Assembly (NCBI GenBank): GCA_001897535.1
Contig: MKTC01000013.1
Coordinates: 90,519-154,518 of the forward strand
DNA length: 64,000 bases
Origin: Bacteroidetes bacterium 37-13
GTDB taxonomy: Bacteria > Bacteroidota > Bacteroidia > Chitinophagales > LD1
Reading direction: 5' to 3'
This document shows, in pieces, positions 10,277 to 19,947 of this stretch; position 1 is the stretch's first letter; each line of letters opens with the position of its first letter. The notes below the pieces were generated by a model. It made no database searches, was not told the origin of the DNA, and was given only the letters and a program-made list of their open reading frames with translations. The position numbers and the translations under genes are program-made.

Positions 10277-12910
10277 ATGCCAACACCACAAACAACTTAC
10301 CGCTCCCTAATTTCTCCACTTTGGGCAGGTTTTCTCGCCTTTATTATACTTTTCTCGCTTACTGGAACTGTAACCTATAAAATGTTTCAGCGATATAATG
10401 CCACAAAAAAACGCGAATTAGAAAATGCAGCAGCACTTGCCAAAGAACGCATAATTTCTGTTTTAGAACAAAACGAATCGGCAGCTAAAACACTTACACT
10501 TTTAATACAAAAATATGGCAATGCCGATAGTTTTAATTTGGTTGCAAGAGAAATTTATAATGCCAACGAATATGTAGATATTATCGAGATAGTTAGAGAA
10601 AGCAAAATTACACACGTTTATCCATTAGCTGGAAACGAGAACATAATAGGAAGAAAAGTTTTAACCGACAGCATTAGATACAAAGCACTTTTTGAAGCAT
10701 TGCGTAATGGCGAGACCTATTTTACCGGCCCATTTGAACTAATACAAGGCGGCAAAGCAATTATTGGTAGAGTGCCTATTTATATAAACCATAAATATTG
10801 GGGAATTGCTGCTTCTATTACTTGCCTATCTACCTTAGTAAAAGCGGCAAAATTGGAAAATGATAACAATTACCAATTTCAGCTTTCTAAACACGATATT
10901 GTATCCAATAAACTCTTATTCTACTTGCCAAATTTCAAAAATTTCAACCTTAAAAATGCAATATCTTTAAGTATTGCTACCGGAGGTTGGAAAATTTATG
11001 CAGCCCCTAAAAGAGCCGGCACAATAGAAACTCCTTTTCCCTTTGCCATACTCAGCTTCTTATTTTCTTTAATTGCTGCTGTTTTTGTTTGGTCGCTATC
11101 GCGAAAGCAATATCAACTCACAAACCTTGTGCACTTGCGCACCCGCGAACTTAGCGAAAGCGAAATGCGCCACCGCAAATCGTTAGAAAGAATAGATGAT
11201 GCCTTTATGGCATTTGATAAAGAATGGAATTACACCTTTATGAATAAGCGCGCAGCAGCCGATTTAGGTGGTGAACCCAACGATTTTATTGGAAAGAACA
11301 TACTTGAGAGCTTTAAAAATATTGCCAATGAACCATTTTATGAGCTAATGCAAGAAGGCATGAGAACAAACCGACCGCAAACAAAAGAGCTATATTTTGC
11401 AGATAGAAACAAATGGTTTGAAAACACTCTTTACCCATCGGCAGAAGGCTATACCATTTATTACCGCGATGTAACAGAAACAAAGCAAATGCGAGAAGCT
11501 ATTGCGCAAGAAAGGTTTCTATTGGATAGTATTGTAAAAAACATGCCGGGTATATTTTTTATACTTAGCAGAGAGGGCAAATTTATACGATGGAACAAAA
11601 ATGCTGAAATCATTTCGGGCTATGAAAACATAGATGAAATGAACCCATTAGATTTTTTTGCAGATGCAGATAAGCCAGCTGTGGCTAAAGCTTTAGTAGA
11701 TATTTTTAAATTGGGAAGAAGCAGCGAAGAAGTACAATTGCTCACAAAAGACGGTACTAAAATTCCATATTACTTTATTGGCTTTACACTTAAATTAAAC
11801 CAAGAAGAGCTTATTATCGGACTGGGCTTAGATATTAGCAGCAGAATAGCAGCAGAGCAGAAAGCAAATGAATTTAACGAGCGTTTTGAGTTGGTTACCC
11901 AAGCAACTAACGATATTATTTACGATTGGAAAATTGATAAAGAAGTAATCTGGTGGAATCAAAATTTTTACAATCAATTGGAAATTGGATCCACTGCCGA
12001 ATGGTTAAATATTTCTACTTGGATTGATAATATTTCAGAGAAAGATAAAGAGCGAACTTTAAGCAGCTTACAAAAAGCCATAAAGCAGAAAGAGACCTAC
12101 TGGGCAGAAGAATACCGCATGACAGCTACTTCAGGCAAAGAAATTTTTGTGTTAGACCGAGGCTTCCTTCAATATAATTCTAATGAAGAAGCTATAAGAA
12201 TGATTGGTGCCATTCTTGATATTTCTGAAGTGAAAAAAGCAGAAGAAGAACTGATAAATTCTCAAGAATCGCTGCGCAAATTAGCTGAACATTTGCAAAG
12301 CGTTCGCGAAGATGAAAGAGCAGAAGTTGCACGCGAAATTCATGATGAACTTGGCCAGCAATTAGCAGCGCTTAAAATGGATGTGCATTGGTTAGAAAAG
12401 AAAATCACAAATCAAGATGAAAATACGAAGAACCATATTCAAGAAATACTCTCAAACATTGATGACACCGTAAAAATTGTGCGGAAAATAGCTTCAAGCC
12501 TTCGCCCCGGAATATTAGACGATTTGGGACTGGTGGCAGCTTTAGAATGGCTCACCATAGATTTTCAAAAACGAACAGGAATTACATCTGTCTTTACTTG
12601 CAATATTGAAACTGCAAAAGTGGCGCACAATATTTCCATTGTTCTTTTTAGAGTTTTTCAAGAGTCGCTTACCAATATAATTCGCCATGCCAATGCTACA
12701 TTTGTAAAAGCAGAGCTTACTATTGAGCCAACTCAAATAACTTTAACCATAAGCGATAATGGAAAAGGATTTAATACTGCAAAAGTCAACCAAAAAAATA
12801 CGCTTGGTATATTGGGAATGAAAGAAAGAGTTTTAGCACTAAATGGTATTTTTTTAATAGAAAGTAATATAAATGCAGGAACAACTATTTCAGTAAAAAT
12901 TATTTTATAG
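10277..12910 (+). CDS. sensor histidine kinase (CHASE-like periplasmic domain, three PAS-like modules, HisKA_3 + HATPase)
   Basis: 877 aa. TM helix near residue 20 and a second near residue 250 flank a CHASE-like sensor region. PAS-like repeats follow. NarX/LiaS-type H-box HDELGQQLAALKMD, then a C-terminal ATPase with DNGKGF and G-rich boxes. Confidence 0.85.
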   Translation: MPTPQTTYRSLISPLWAGFLAFIILFSLTGTVTYKMFQRYNATKKRELENAAALAKERIISVLEQNESAAKTLTLLIQKYGNADSFNLVAREIYNANEYVDIIEIVRESKITHVYPLAGNENIIGRKVLTDSIRYKALFEALRNGETYFTGPFELIQGGKAIIGRVPIYINHKYWGIAASITCLSTLVKAAKLENDNNYQFQLSKHDIVSNKLLFYLPNFKNFNLKNAISLSIATGGWKIYAAPKRAGTIETPFPFAILSFLFSLIAAVFVWSLSRKQYQLTNLVHLRTRELSESEMRHRKSLERIDDAFMAFDKEWNYTFMNKRAAADLGGEPNDFIGKNILESFKNIANEPFYELMQEGMRTNRPQTKELYFADRNKWFENTLYPSAEGYTIYYRDVTETKQMREAIAQERFLLDSIVKNMPGIFFILSREGKFIRWNKNAEIISGYENIDEMNPLDFFADADKPAVAKALVDIFKLGRSSEEVQLLTKDGTKIPYYFIGFTLKLNQEELIIGLGLDISSRIAAEQKANEFNERFELVTQATNDIIYDWKIDKEVIWWNQNFYNQLEIGSTAEWLNISTWIDNISEKDKERTLSSLQKAIKQKETYWAEEYRMTATSGKEIFVLDRGFLQYNSNEEAIRMIGAILDISEVKKAEEELINSQESLRKLAEHLQSVREDERAEVAREIHDELGQQLAALKMDVHWLEKKITNQDENTKNHIQEILSNIDDTVKIVRKIASSLRPGILDDLGLVAALEWLTIDFQKRTGITSVFTCNIETAKVAHNISIVLFRVFQESLTNIIRHANATFVKAELTIEPTQITLTISDNGKGFNTAKVNQKNTLGILGMKERVLALNGIFLIESNINAGTTISVKIIL

Positions 12911-12936
12911 TACATTTATCTCCCAAAATTATTTTA

Positions 12937-13566
12937 ATGTACCGTTTCTTAATTGTAGACGACCACGCAATAGTGCGCAAAGGACTTCTTCAACTAATCA
13001 AGGAAGAGTTTCCCAATGCCTATTGCTGCGAAGCGGCTGATGGACATACCGTAATTAAAAAAGTACGAGAGGAAAAATGGAATATTATTCTCTTAGACAT
13101 TTCAATGCCGGAGCGAAGCGGAATGGAAGTACTTTGGCAGCTTAAAAGCGAAGGAAATTCCACTCCGGTTTTAATGTTGAGTATTCACCCGGAAGAACAA
13201 TATGCACTTCGCGTTTTTAAAGCAGGAGCATCGGGTTTTCTTACCAAAGCAAGTGCCAACGATGAATTGATAAAAGCAGTTCACCAACTGCTGTTGGGCA
13301 AAAAATATATTTCGCAGGAAGCAGCAGATATTTTAGTTAGCACCTCATCTAAGGATAATAAGAAAGAACTTTACGAAAATTTATCGAACCGTGAAATGGA
13401 GGTTCTACTACTAATTGCCTCCGGAAAAACACTCTCCGAAATTGCAGATGAACTTTCGCTAAGCATAAATACAATAAGCACCTACCGCAGCCGTATTTTA
13501 GAAAAATTAGGCTTAAATAATAATGCCGAACTTATGCGCTACGCTATTGATAATCAACTTGCATAG
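12937..13566 (+). CDS. response regulator, NarL/LuxR family
   Basis: REC domain (IVDDH..., LLDISMP phospho-Asp context) followed by a LuxR HTH (LSNREMEVLLLIASGKTLSEIADELSLSINTISTYRSRILEKLG). Lies 26 nt after the kinase. Confidence 0.92.
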   Translation: MYRFLIVDDHAIVRKGLLQLIKEEFPNAYCCEAADGHTVIKKVREEKWNIILLDISMPERSGMEVLWQLKSEGNSTPVLMLSIHPEEQYALRVFKAGASGFLTKASANDELIKAVHQLLLGKKYISQEAADILVSTSSKDNKKELYENLSNREMEVLLLIASGKTLSEIADELSLSINTISTYRSRILEKLGLNNNAELMRYAIDNQLA

Positions 13567-13675
13567 GCAAAATTTTGTAGTATAATATACTACAAAAAAA
13601 TCATAAATTCTGCTATAATTTCTATATAGGGACTGTTACAAATTTACAATTTAATTGTTACCCAAAACCTTCAAT

Positions 13676-15211
13676 ATGAATTCAATTGAAAAAGAACAAG
13701 ATTATACACTTAGTATAGAAACTTTACTTCGCGAAGTAAGCAAATTGATACCCGGAGTAGTTTTTCAATACAAAAAAAGTACCGAAAATGCCAAATGGTT
13801 TTCGTTTTGCAGCCCCCGCTCAAGCGAAGTTTTAGGTGTTTCGCCACAAGAAGTTTACAATAATATAAATGCCATTTACAAATGCGTTTTAGCAGAAGAT
13901 GTAGAGCCAATGCGCAATTCTATATTAGAAACGTATAGCAGTTTAGCTCCATGGAAACATTTTTTTAGAGTAAAAACAGAGCAAGAAAAATCCTTTAGAT
14001 GGATGAAAGGAGTTGCGTTTCCTAAAGTGCTGCACGATGGCACAATTATGTGGACCGGCACCATGACCGATGTAACAGATGAAAGGACTATAATTGAAGA
14101 ATTGCAAATTATGAAACGGATAATTGATGCTACCCACGAAGGTATTGCAATTTGCAACGTTACCCAACCCGGAAATCCAATTAATTACGTAAACGAAGCA
14201 TTCTTAAAAATGTACGGATACAGTAAAGAAGAGTTGATTGGAAACACACACTGCACCATTCTTGGAAATGGTAGACACCAACAATTGTTGGAGCAACTTC
14301 GTTCAAAAAAAATAACTGCTCCTTTGCAGCTTGGTGAACTGGAACTCGCCAAAAAAGACGGAACAAAATTTTGGGATGCTGTATCTATTATTCCTTTGCA
14401 AGATTCCAATGGTACAACTACACACCTTGCAAGTTTTCACAACGATATTTCTGAACGCAAAAAGAATGAGTTAGAGATAAAGGCGTTCAATGAATTATTA
14501 GAAAAAAGAGTAGTAGAGCGCACTCAAAAACTGAAAGAAGTTAATAAAGAATTAGAAACATTTAATTACACCGTTTCACACGATTTGCAATCGCCACTTC
14601 GCTTGCTTTGCGGTTATTCTAAACTTGTAAATAAAAAATATGCAACACAGTTAGATGCAGAAGGTGTAGAGTTTTTAAAAATTATTGAAGACAGCTCTAT
14701 TAGAATGAGCAATTTGGTGCGCGATCTTTTAGCTTTTTCAAAAATAGGGAAAATAGATTTAGACACAGAAGAAATTCCGATGATGCAGCTTGTGGAATCG
14801 GTAGTGGGAGAAGTGAAAAAGAATTATGAAAATGTACACACCTCCATACATGTAAAACAAATGGGCAAAGCAAAAGGCGATTATGGTTTAGTAAAACAAG
14901 TGTGGAGCAATCTTATTGAAAATGCTGTAAAATATTCTTCGCACCAAGCCAAACCTAAGGTAGAAATTGGCTGCGAACTACAAGAGAATACTTGCGTTTA
15001 CTATGTGAAAGATAACGGCATTGGCATTAACCCTGATGAAATTGATAAGATTTTTGAAGTGTTTAAGCGCCTAAGCAATTCAAAAGATTTTGAAGGAACT
15101 GGAGTTGGATTAGCTAATGTGCATAGAATTATTACCAAGCATGGCGGCAAAATTTGGATAGAATCGGAATTAGGAAAAGGCTCAACATTCTTTTTTTCTT
15201 TACCTTGCTAA
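13676..15211 (+). CDS. cytoplasmic PAS-domain sensor histidine kinase (HisKA type)
   Basis: Two PAS-like modules and a coiled-coil linker. H-box FNYTVSHDLQSPLR. HATPase with DNGIGI and GTGVGLANVHRIITKHGG. ATG 6776-style correction: ATG 13676 is preferred over the track's TTG 13655. No TM helix. Confidence 0.85.
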   Translation: MNSIEKEQDYTLSIETLLREVSKLIPGVVFQYKKSTENAKWFSFCSPRSSEVLGVSPQEVYNNINAIYKCVLAEDVEPMRNSILETYSSLAPWKHFFRVKTEQEKSFRWMKGVAFPKVLHDGTIMWTGTMTDVTDERTIIEELQIMKRIIDATHEGIAICNVTQPGNPINYVNEAFLKMYGYSKEELIGNTHCTILGNGRHQQLLEQLRSKKITAPLQLGELELAKKDGTKFWDAVSIIPLQDSNGTTTHLASFHNDISERKKNELEIKAFNELLEKRVVERTQKLKEVNKELETFNYTVSHDLQSPLRLLCGYSKLVNKKYATQLDAEGVEFLKIIEDSSIRMSNLVRDLLAFSKIGKIDLDTEEIPMMQLVESVVGEVKKNYENVHTSIHVKQMGKAKGDYGLVKQVWSNLIENAVKYSSHQAKPKVEIGCELQENTCVYYVKDNGIGINPDEIDKIFEVFKRLSNSKDFEGTGVGLANVHRIITKHGGKIWIESELGKGSTFFFSLPC

Positions 15212-15321
15212 CATAGAAGTTGTTTGAGCTTTAGCCATTGGAATATGAAGTGGAGTGGAAGGAAAAACTAAAGAGATAAATACAGAAAGATTCTAATGCC
15301 TTTCTGATAAACAAAAAGCAC

Positions 15322-16917
15322 TTACATCGCCTCGGTTTTAAACTCGGAATTTAAGTGGAATTGGATATCAGGATTATTGTCTTGTTCCATTTTTAAGAAC
15401 CATTCGCTTGGTGCTAAATACACTAAATTATCGTCTTTATCGCGCACTACACTTGTGCTTTTAAAGCGAATAAAATCTTCTAACTTTTCTTTGTTTTCTG
15501 AAGTTATCCAACAAGCGCGAGTCATATTTATTGGTTGAAATTTACACGATGCCCCATACTCGTGCAGCAATCGGTATTGAATAACTTCAAACTGAAGCTC
15601 ACCAACGGTTCCCACAAATTTACGATTGCCCGGCTGCTGCGTAAACAACTGTGCCACACCTTCATCTGTAAGCTGTGCAATTCCTTTTTCCAACTGCTTA
15701 CTTTTCATTGGATCGGTGTTCACCAACTCTTTAAATATTTCCGGTGAAAAGCTTGGAATGCCTCTATAATTCATGGCTTCACCTTCGGTGAGCGTGTCGC
15801 CAATTTTAAAATTTCCAGTATCGTACAAACCAACCACATCACCCGGAAATGCTTCATCTACAATGTTTTTATCCTGTGCCAAAAATGTAACAGGCGTATT
15901 AAAGCGAAGTTCTTTCCCCAAGCGCTGATGTTTGTAATATTTATTACGCTCAAAAATACCACTCACAATTCTAAAAAAGGCAATTCTATCGCGATGTTTT
16001 GGGTCTAAATTGGCATGAATTTTAAATACAAAACCTGTTAGCTTTTTTTCTTCAGGTTCCACAAAACGCTTATCGGTTTCGCGTCCACGCGGTGATGGCG
16101 CAATATCCAAAAAGGTATCTAACAATTCTTGCACGCCAAAGTTGTTTACAGCGCTACCAAAAAATACAGGCGCTAAGTTTCCTGCCAAATATTCTTTGGT
16201 GCTAAATGTATCGTAAACGCCCTCTATCAATTCAGTATCTTCGCGCAAGCGTTTGGCATCGCTATCGCCTATAAGTTTATCCAATTCCTTATTATCTAAT
16301 TGTGCAATACTCACAATTTCATCAGCTACTTTTGTGGTACTTGGACGAAAAAGATTCAGATTTTTTTTGTGTAAATTGTAAACACCTTTAAACCTACTTC
16401 CTCTATTTATTGGCCAACTCAAAGGCTGAACGCTAATCTTTAATTCCTTTTCAATTTCTTCTAACAAATCAAAAGGATCTTTGCCTTCGCGATCTAATTT
16501 ATTGATAAAAACAATAACTGGAGTTTTGCGCATAGAACAAACTTCCATGAGTTTGCGCGTTTGTTCTTCCACACCTTTCACGCTGTCCACTACCATAATT
16601 ACGCTATCTACTGCAGTAAGCGTTCGGTAAGTATCTTCCGCAAAATCTTTGTGCCCCGGAGTGTCTAAAATGTTTATGAGTTTGTCTCTGTATTCAAAAC
16701 TCATTACCGAAGTTGCCACCGAAATACCGCGCTGTTTTTCAATTTCCATGAAGTCGCTGGTAGCGCTTTTCTTAATTTTATTGCTCTTTACCGCTCCGGC
16801 AGTTTGTATAGCTCCGCCAAATAGCAATAATTTTTCGGTTAAAGTTGTTTTTCCGGCATCCGGGTGGCTGATAATTCCGAATGTTTTTCTTTTAGTAATT
16901 TCTTCTTGTAAACTCAT
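15322..16917 (-). CDS. prfC: peptide chain release factor 3
   Basis: N-terminus [38 protein letters not shown] with G-domain motifs DTPGH and NKLD. ATG 16917 is preferred to the upstream ATG at 16938. Confidence 0.95.
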   Translation of the reverse strand: MSLQEEITKRKTFGIISHPDAGKTTLTEKLLLFGGAIQTAGAVKSNKIKKSATSDFMEIEKQRGISVATSVMSFEYRDKLINILDTPGHKDFAEDTYRTLTAVDSVIMVVDSVKGVEEQTRKLMEVCSMRKTPVIVFINKLDREGKDPFDLLEEIEKELKISVQPLSWPINRGSRFKGVYNLHKKNLNLFRPSTTKVADEIVSIAQLDNKELDKLIGDSDAKRLREDTELIEGVYDTFSTKEYLAGNLAPVFFGSAVNNFGVQELLDTFLDIAPSPRGRETDKRFVEPEEKKLTGFVFKIHANLDPKHRDRIAFFRIVSGIFERNKYYKHQRLGKELRFNTPVTFLAQDKNIVDEAFPGDVVGLYDTGNFKIGDTLTEGEAMNYRGIPSFSPEIFKELVNTDPMKSKQLEKGIAQLTDEGVAQLFTQQPGNRKFVGTVGELQFEVIQYRLLHEYGASCKFQPINMTRACWITSENKEKLEDFIRFKSTSVVRDKDDNLVYLAPSEWFLKMEQDNNPDIQFHLNSEFKTEAM

Positions 16918-17020
16918 AAAGCGCGCGAAGATAATCATTTCGCCTTGTGCATTGTTTAGAGTTCTATAACACTTTAAATATTTTTTAAAATGCTATTATT
17001 GGCAAGCAAACTAAAAGTAA

Positions 17021-17725
17021 ATGAGTGCCAGAATTTTATTGGTTGAGGACGAAGAAAGCTTATTAGACGTAGTAAGTATGAACCTTGAAATGGAAGGGTT
17101 TGAAGTGGTTACGGCAACCAATGGCATTGAAGGTTTAAAGAAGTTTGCAGAGCAGCATTTCAACTTAGTGATTTTAGATGTGATGATGCCGGAAATGAGT
17201 GGTTTTGAGGTTTGCGAAAAAATAAGGCTCAACGATTTGAATACGCCAATTTTGTTTTTAACCGCCAAAGACAGCCATTTAGACAAAGTGAACGGACTAA
17301 AATTGGGAGCAGATGATTATTTAACCAAGCCATTTAATTTAGAAGAATTGATTTTGCGCGTTCGCGTATTGGTGAAACACAGTTTAAAAGGTACAAAAGC
17401 TGAAACCGCTGCACAGCAATATACTTTTGGCGGCAATGAAATTAACTTTGTTACCTATCGCGCAGTTTTGGCAAATGGCAACGAAATTCAACTTACAAAA
17501 AAGGAAATAAGTTTGCTAAAGCTGCTTATTGATAGAAAAGGAACGGTGGTTTCGCGCCAGCAAATTTTAAATTATGTTTGGGGTTACGATGTTTATCCAT
17601 CTACCCGAACGATTGATAATTTTATCTTAAACTTTAGAAAATACTTTGAAGCTGATGCCCGAAATCCTGTGTATTTTCATTCTATTCGTGGCGTAGGCTA
17701 CAAGTTTACCGACACTGTTTCTTAG
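17021..17725 (+). CDS. response regulator, OmpR/PhoB family (no adjacent kinase)
   Basis: REC domain (ILLVEDEE, ILDVMMP, LTAKD) plus a winged-helix output domain (LTKKEISLLKLL..., IRGVGYKF). Confidence 0.9.
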   Translation: MSARILLVEDEESLLDVVSMNLEMEGFEVVTATNGIEGLKKFAEQHFNLVILDVMMPEMSGFEVCEKIRLNDLNTPILFLTAKDSHLDKVNGLKLGADDYLTKPFNLEELILRVRVLVKHSLKGTKAETAAQQYTFGGNEINFVTYRAVLANGNEIQLTKKEISLLKLLIDRKGTVVSRQQILNYVWGYDVYPSTRTIDNFILNFRKYFEADARNPVYFHSIRGVGYKFTDTVS

Positions 17726-18210
17726 TTTTGAGGAGTAGAAATAGATTTGCAAAACCTTTCTAAAAGTTCTTTAACAGTAGTGTTTACTATTGAAAATGGA
17801 GGAATTTCTCTTCCCTTAAACATAAGGCAAACAGCATATTGTTTCTGTTGTGCAATCGCTTTTTCGTACACTAAACTTTTTTGAGTTCGCCATGCTTCGC
17901 GCATCAATCTTTTAATGCGGTTTCTATCTGTTGCATGTTTAAAATTGCGCTTGCTCACAGCAAACATTGCCTGCACAGGCACTCCGGCAGCATTTGGCTG
18001 TTCTAAATACAAAAAGGCAAAACTATTTTTTTGAATAGCTTTGCCTTTAAGAAAAATATCGTCTATTACCGCTTTCTTTTTTAATTTTTCGGGCTTAGAA
18101 AACCCAAAACCTTTGGCGATAACCGAAGAATTATTTAAGACGTTTTTCGTCTGAAACGGTAAGTTTTTTTCTGCCTCTTGCTCTTCTGCGGGCAAGTAAT
18201 TTTCTTCCAT
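17722..18210 (-). CDS. rnpA: ribonuclease P protein component (start uncertain)
   Basis: Conserved core [19 protein letters not shown]...[23 protein letters not shown], directly downstream of rpmH. The only in-frame ATG (18210) and TTG (18195) lie inside rpmH, so the real start is unresolved. Confidence 0.75.
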   Translation of the reverse strand: MEENYLPAEEQEAEKNLPFQTKNVLNNSSVIAKGFGFSKPEKLKKKAVIDDIFLKGKAIQKNSFAFLYLEQPNAAGVPVQAMFAVSKRNFKHATDRNRIKRLMREAWRTQKSLVYEKAIAQQKQYAVCLMFKGREIPPFSIVNTTVKELLERFCKSISTPQN

Positions 18211-18286
18211 TTTTAGTGCTCATTCTTTCACGAAATCCATGCTTATTAACTCGCTTTCTTCTGCTGGGCTGGAATGTACGTTTCAT
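18131..18286 (-). CDS. rpmH: 50S ribosomal protein L34
   Basis: Not in the ORF track because it is under 60 aa. My own translation gives [54 protein letters not shown] at 18286 and TAA at 18131-18133. Confidence 0.92.
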   Translation of the reverse strand: MKRTFQPSRRKRVNKHGFRERMSTKNGRKLLARRRARGRKKLTVSDEKRLK

Positions 18287-18331
18287 AATATTTTGTTATT
18301 TACTTATTCTTCTTGTCTTAAAAAAGGGAGG

Positions 18332-18339
18332 CAAATATA
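18332..18339 (-). promoter_or_regulatory. candidate Bacteroidota -7 promoter box upstream of rpmH
   Basis: TATATTTG on the minus strand matches the TAnnTTTG consensus, 46 nt upstream of the rpmH ATG. No well-spaced -33 TTG was seen. Confidence 0.3.
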
Positions 18340-18397
18340 TCATTTATTTTCAAAAAAAGAACACATTCTGTTTTTCCATGTAAAAAACTTTATTTCT

Positions 18398-18506
18398 TAG
18401 CTGTTCAAGATCTTCTGAAAGGCATCTCGAACGGCAGATATGGAGGGATTTAAAATCCTGTTTATCTGTTCTTCCAGATGCGCTACGCTAACATCTCGAA
18501 GAGCGG
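18398..18506 (+). repeat. 109-bp palindromic intergenic repeat, copy 1
   Basis: tagctgttcaagatcttctgaaaggcatctcgaacggcagatatggagggatttaaaatcctgtttatctgttcttccagatgcgctacgctaacatctcgaagagcgg. Matches 19820-19928 at 104 of 109 positions. Confidence 0.9.
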
Positions 18507-18583
18507 TTAGTAATTTGCGATTTTGCCCAAAATGGCAATGCAATCATCCCGATAGCAATTGCTTGAATGTAAAATTTTCTCAT
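18488..18583 (-). pseudogene. signal-peptide-only ORF running into repeat copy 1 (probable 5' gene remnant)
   Basis: MRKFYIQAIAIGMIALPFWAKSQITN, then RSSRC* encoded by the repeat itself. The signal peptide looks typical for Bacteroidota but no mature protein follows it. Confidence 0.3.
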
Positions 18584-18622
18584 TTCGCTTGTTTTTTAAT
18601 GATTTAAAATGAAAACCTTTAA

Positions 18623-19597
18623 TTACCTAAGTAATGTTATATTTATTGATTTATTGATTTGCTTGTTATTAGAAAAAACTGATACATACACAGCATATAC
18701 ATCTGTTGGCTGCGGCTTTCCATTGTAGTTTCCATCCCAACTTATGTTATAGTCATTTGTACTGAAAACTATTTGTCCCCAACGATTGTAGATGTGCATA
18801 GTAAACTCATCTACATCACTACAATTCTGAATCCATTTGTATTCATCATTTACATTGTCGCCATTAGGTGAAAAGGCTATTGGTAACTTAAAATCACATT
18901 CTTCATCAGTAACTTCACACAAAGAAGCGTCTGTACTTACACACACATCATCTAAGAAATAATAACTATAGATAGGGATTATCGAATAAGGGAATTGAAA
19001 CTTATCAATAAGTGCTCCATCAAAAAAACCTCCTATTATTAAAAACCTATACGCAGAGTCTGCCACAAAAGACCCCGAAATTTTGACCCAATTCAAGGTA
19101 TCTGTTATAATTTCGTTTGTGTATATCTGACAGTTGTTGGGTAACTGAAGTATTAGGTTAGGGTCGTTATACTGATAGGTTGTAAATTTTGCTCCTATTT
19201 TGTTGGTAGCAATATTTGCAGCTTCAAGACGATATGCTAACGATACATAAAAACTCACATAATACCTAACACCGACCTCTAATGGTGATAACAACTCAAC
19301 TCCGATTTGTTCTGTCCTATTAGGAAAGTTCTTTTCATAATTATAGAAAGTTACGTATGCCTGCCCAATGCGAGGCAATTGATAGCTCCACTGGTTATTA
19401 TATCCACACACTGGTGAGCAATTATTTATGTAGTCTGGTGAACCACGAAAAGATGTCCAGTGGTTACATTTGCCGTCTAAATCAGGATAGCCCATAGGGC
19501 AATCCGTGTACTCCTCAAACGAATAATTAGGCACAAGGTTTTGTGCATAACCAAAACTATTACAGAACGAAAAGAAGAAAAGCAAAGTGTGTTTCAT
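18623..19597 (-). CDS. secreted protein with gliding-motility-associated (T9SS type B) C-terminal domain
   Basis: Signal peptide MKHTLLFFFSFCNSFGYAQ. The C-terminal ~90 aa (PIAFSPNGDNVNDEYKW...IYNRWGQIVFSTNDYNISWDGNYNGKPQPTDVYAVYVSV) match the CHU_C-type CTD. Confidence 0.85.
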   Translation of the reverse strand: MKHTLLFFFSFCNSFGYAQNLVPNYSFEEYTDCPMGYPDLDGKCNHWTSFRGSPDYINNCSPVCGYNNQWSYQLPRIGQAYVTFYNYEKNFPNRTEQIGVELLSPLEVGVRYYVSFYVSLAYRLEAANIATNKIGAKFTTYQYNDPNLILQLPNNCQIYTNEIITDTLNWVKISGSFVADSAYRFLIIGGFFDGALIDKFQFPYSIIPIYSYYFLDDVCVSTDASLCEVTDEECDFKLPIAFSPNGDNVNDEYKWIQNCSDVDEFTMHIYNRWGQIVFSTNDYNISWDGNYNGKPQPTDVYAVYVSVFSNNKQINKSINITLLR

Positions 19598-19819
19598 ACA
19601 CTTTATATTTTTACATGGGTTTAAAGATATAACTAATTTTTAGAAAAATAGAAATAAAAAGGCTGGTTGCTGTAATAAACAAGGATAGTTTAGCAGTATA
19701 ACTTTTATATAAATATTTTCATTTTAAAGCAAGCTGGTGTTTAAGTTCGTTTATCTGGCTTTGTAAATCGCTAATCAACAGCAACAGGTCTTTATCCCAG
19801 ATTTTGCAGTAGGATTATC

Positions 19820-19928
19820 TAGCTGTTCGAGATGTTCTGAAAGGCATCTCGAACGGCAGATATGGAGGGATTTAAAATCCCGTTTATCTGTTCTTCCAGA
19901 TGCGTTACGCTAACATCTCAAAGAGCGG
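19820..19928 (+). repeat. 109-bp palindromic intergenic repeat, copy 2
   Basis: Direct copy of 18398-18506 with 5 mismatches and an intact first hairpin, ttcgagatg(ttctgaaagg)catctcgaa. Begins 20 nt past the ybaB stop. Confidence 0.9.
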
Positions 19929-19947
19929 AAAGACAGAGCTTTCTTTA

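Noticed and set aside
19598-19819. The 220-bp gap upstream of the CTD gene, and other large gaps (27843-28084, 31612-31938, 36465-36671, 51689-51880), were scanned for tRNA, tmRNA, SRP or 6S-like genes.
   Set aside because: I could see no cloverleaf-compatible arms, conserved boxes or extended helices. The gaps are AT-rich and promoter-like. A covariance-model scan would still be needed to exclude small RNAs.
18398-19928. Reading the 109-bp repeats as integron attC sites (a CALIN-like cassette) or as a CRISPR array.
   Set aside because: The outer stem is 5'-GAGATGTT...AACATCTC-3', that is GTT on the left and AAC on the right. This is the opposite of the attC R''(RYYYAAC)...R'(GTTRRRY) arrangement, and no intI is in the window. 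For CRISPR there are only two copies, 1.3 kb apart, enclosing a full gene, and no cas genes. The cassette-like idea is kept only as a hypothesis in the findings.
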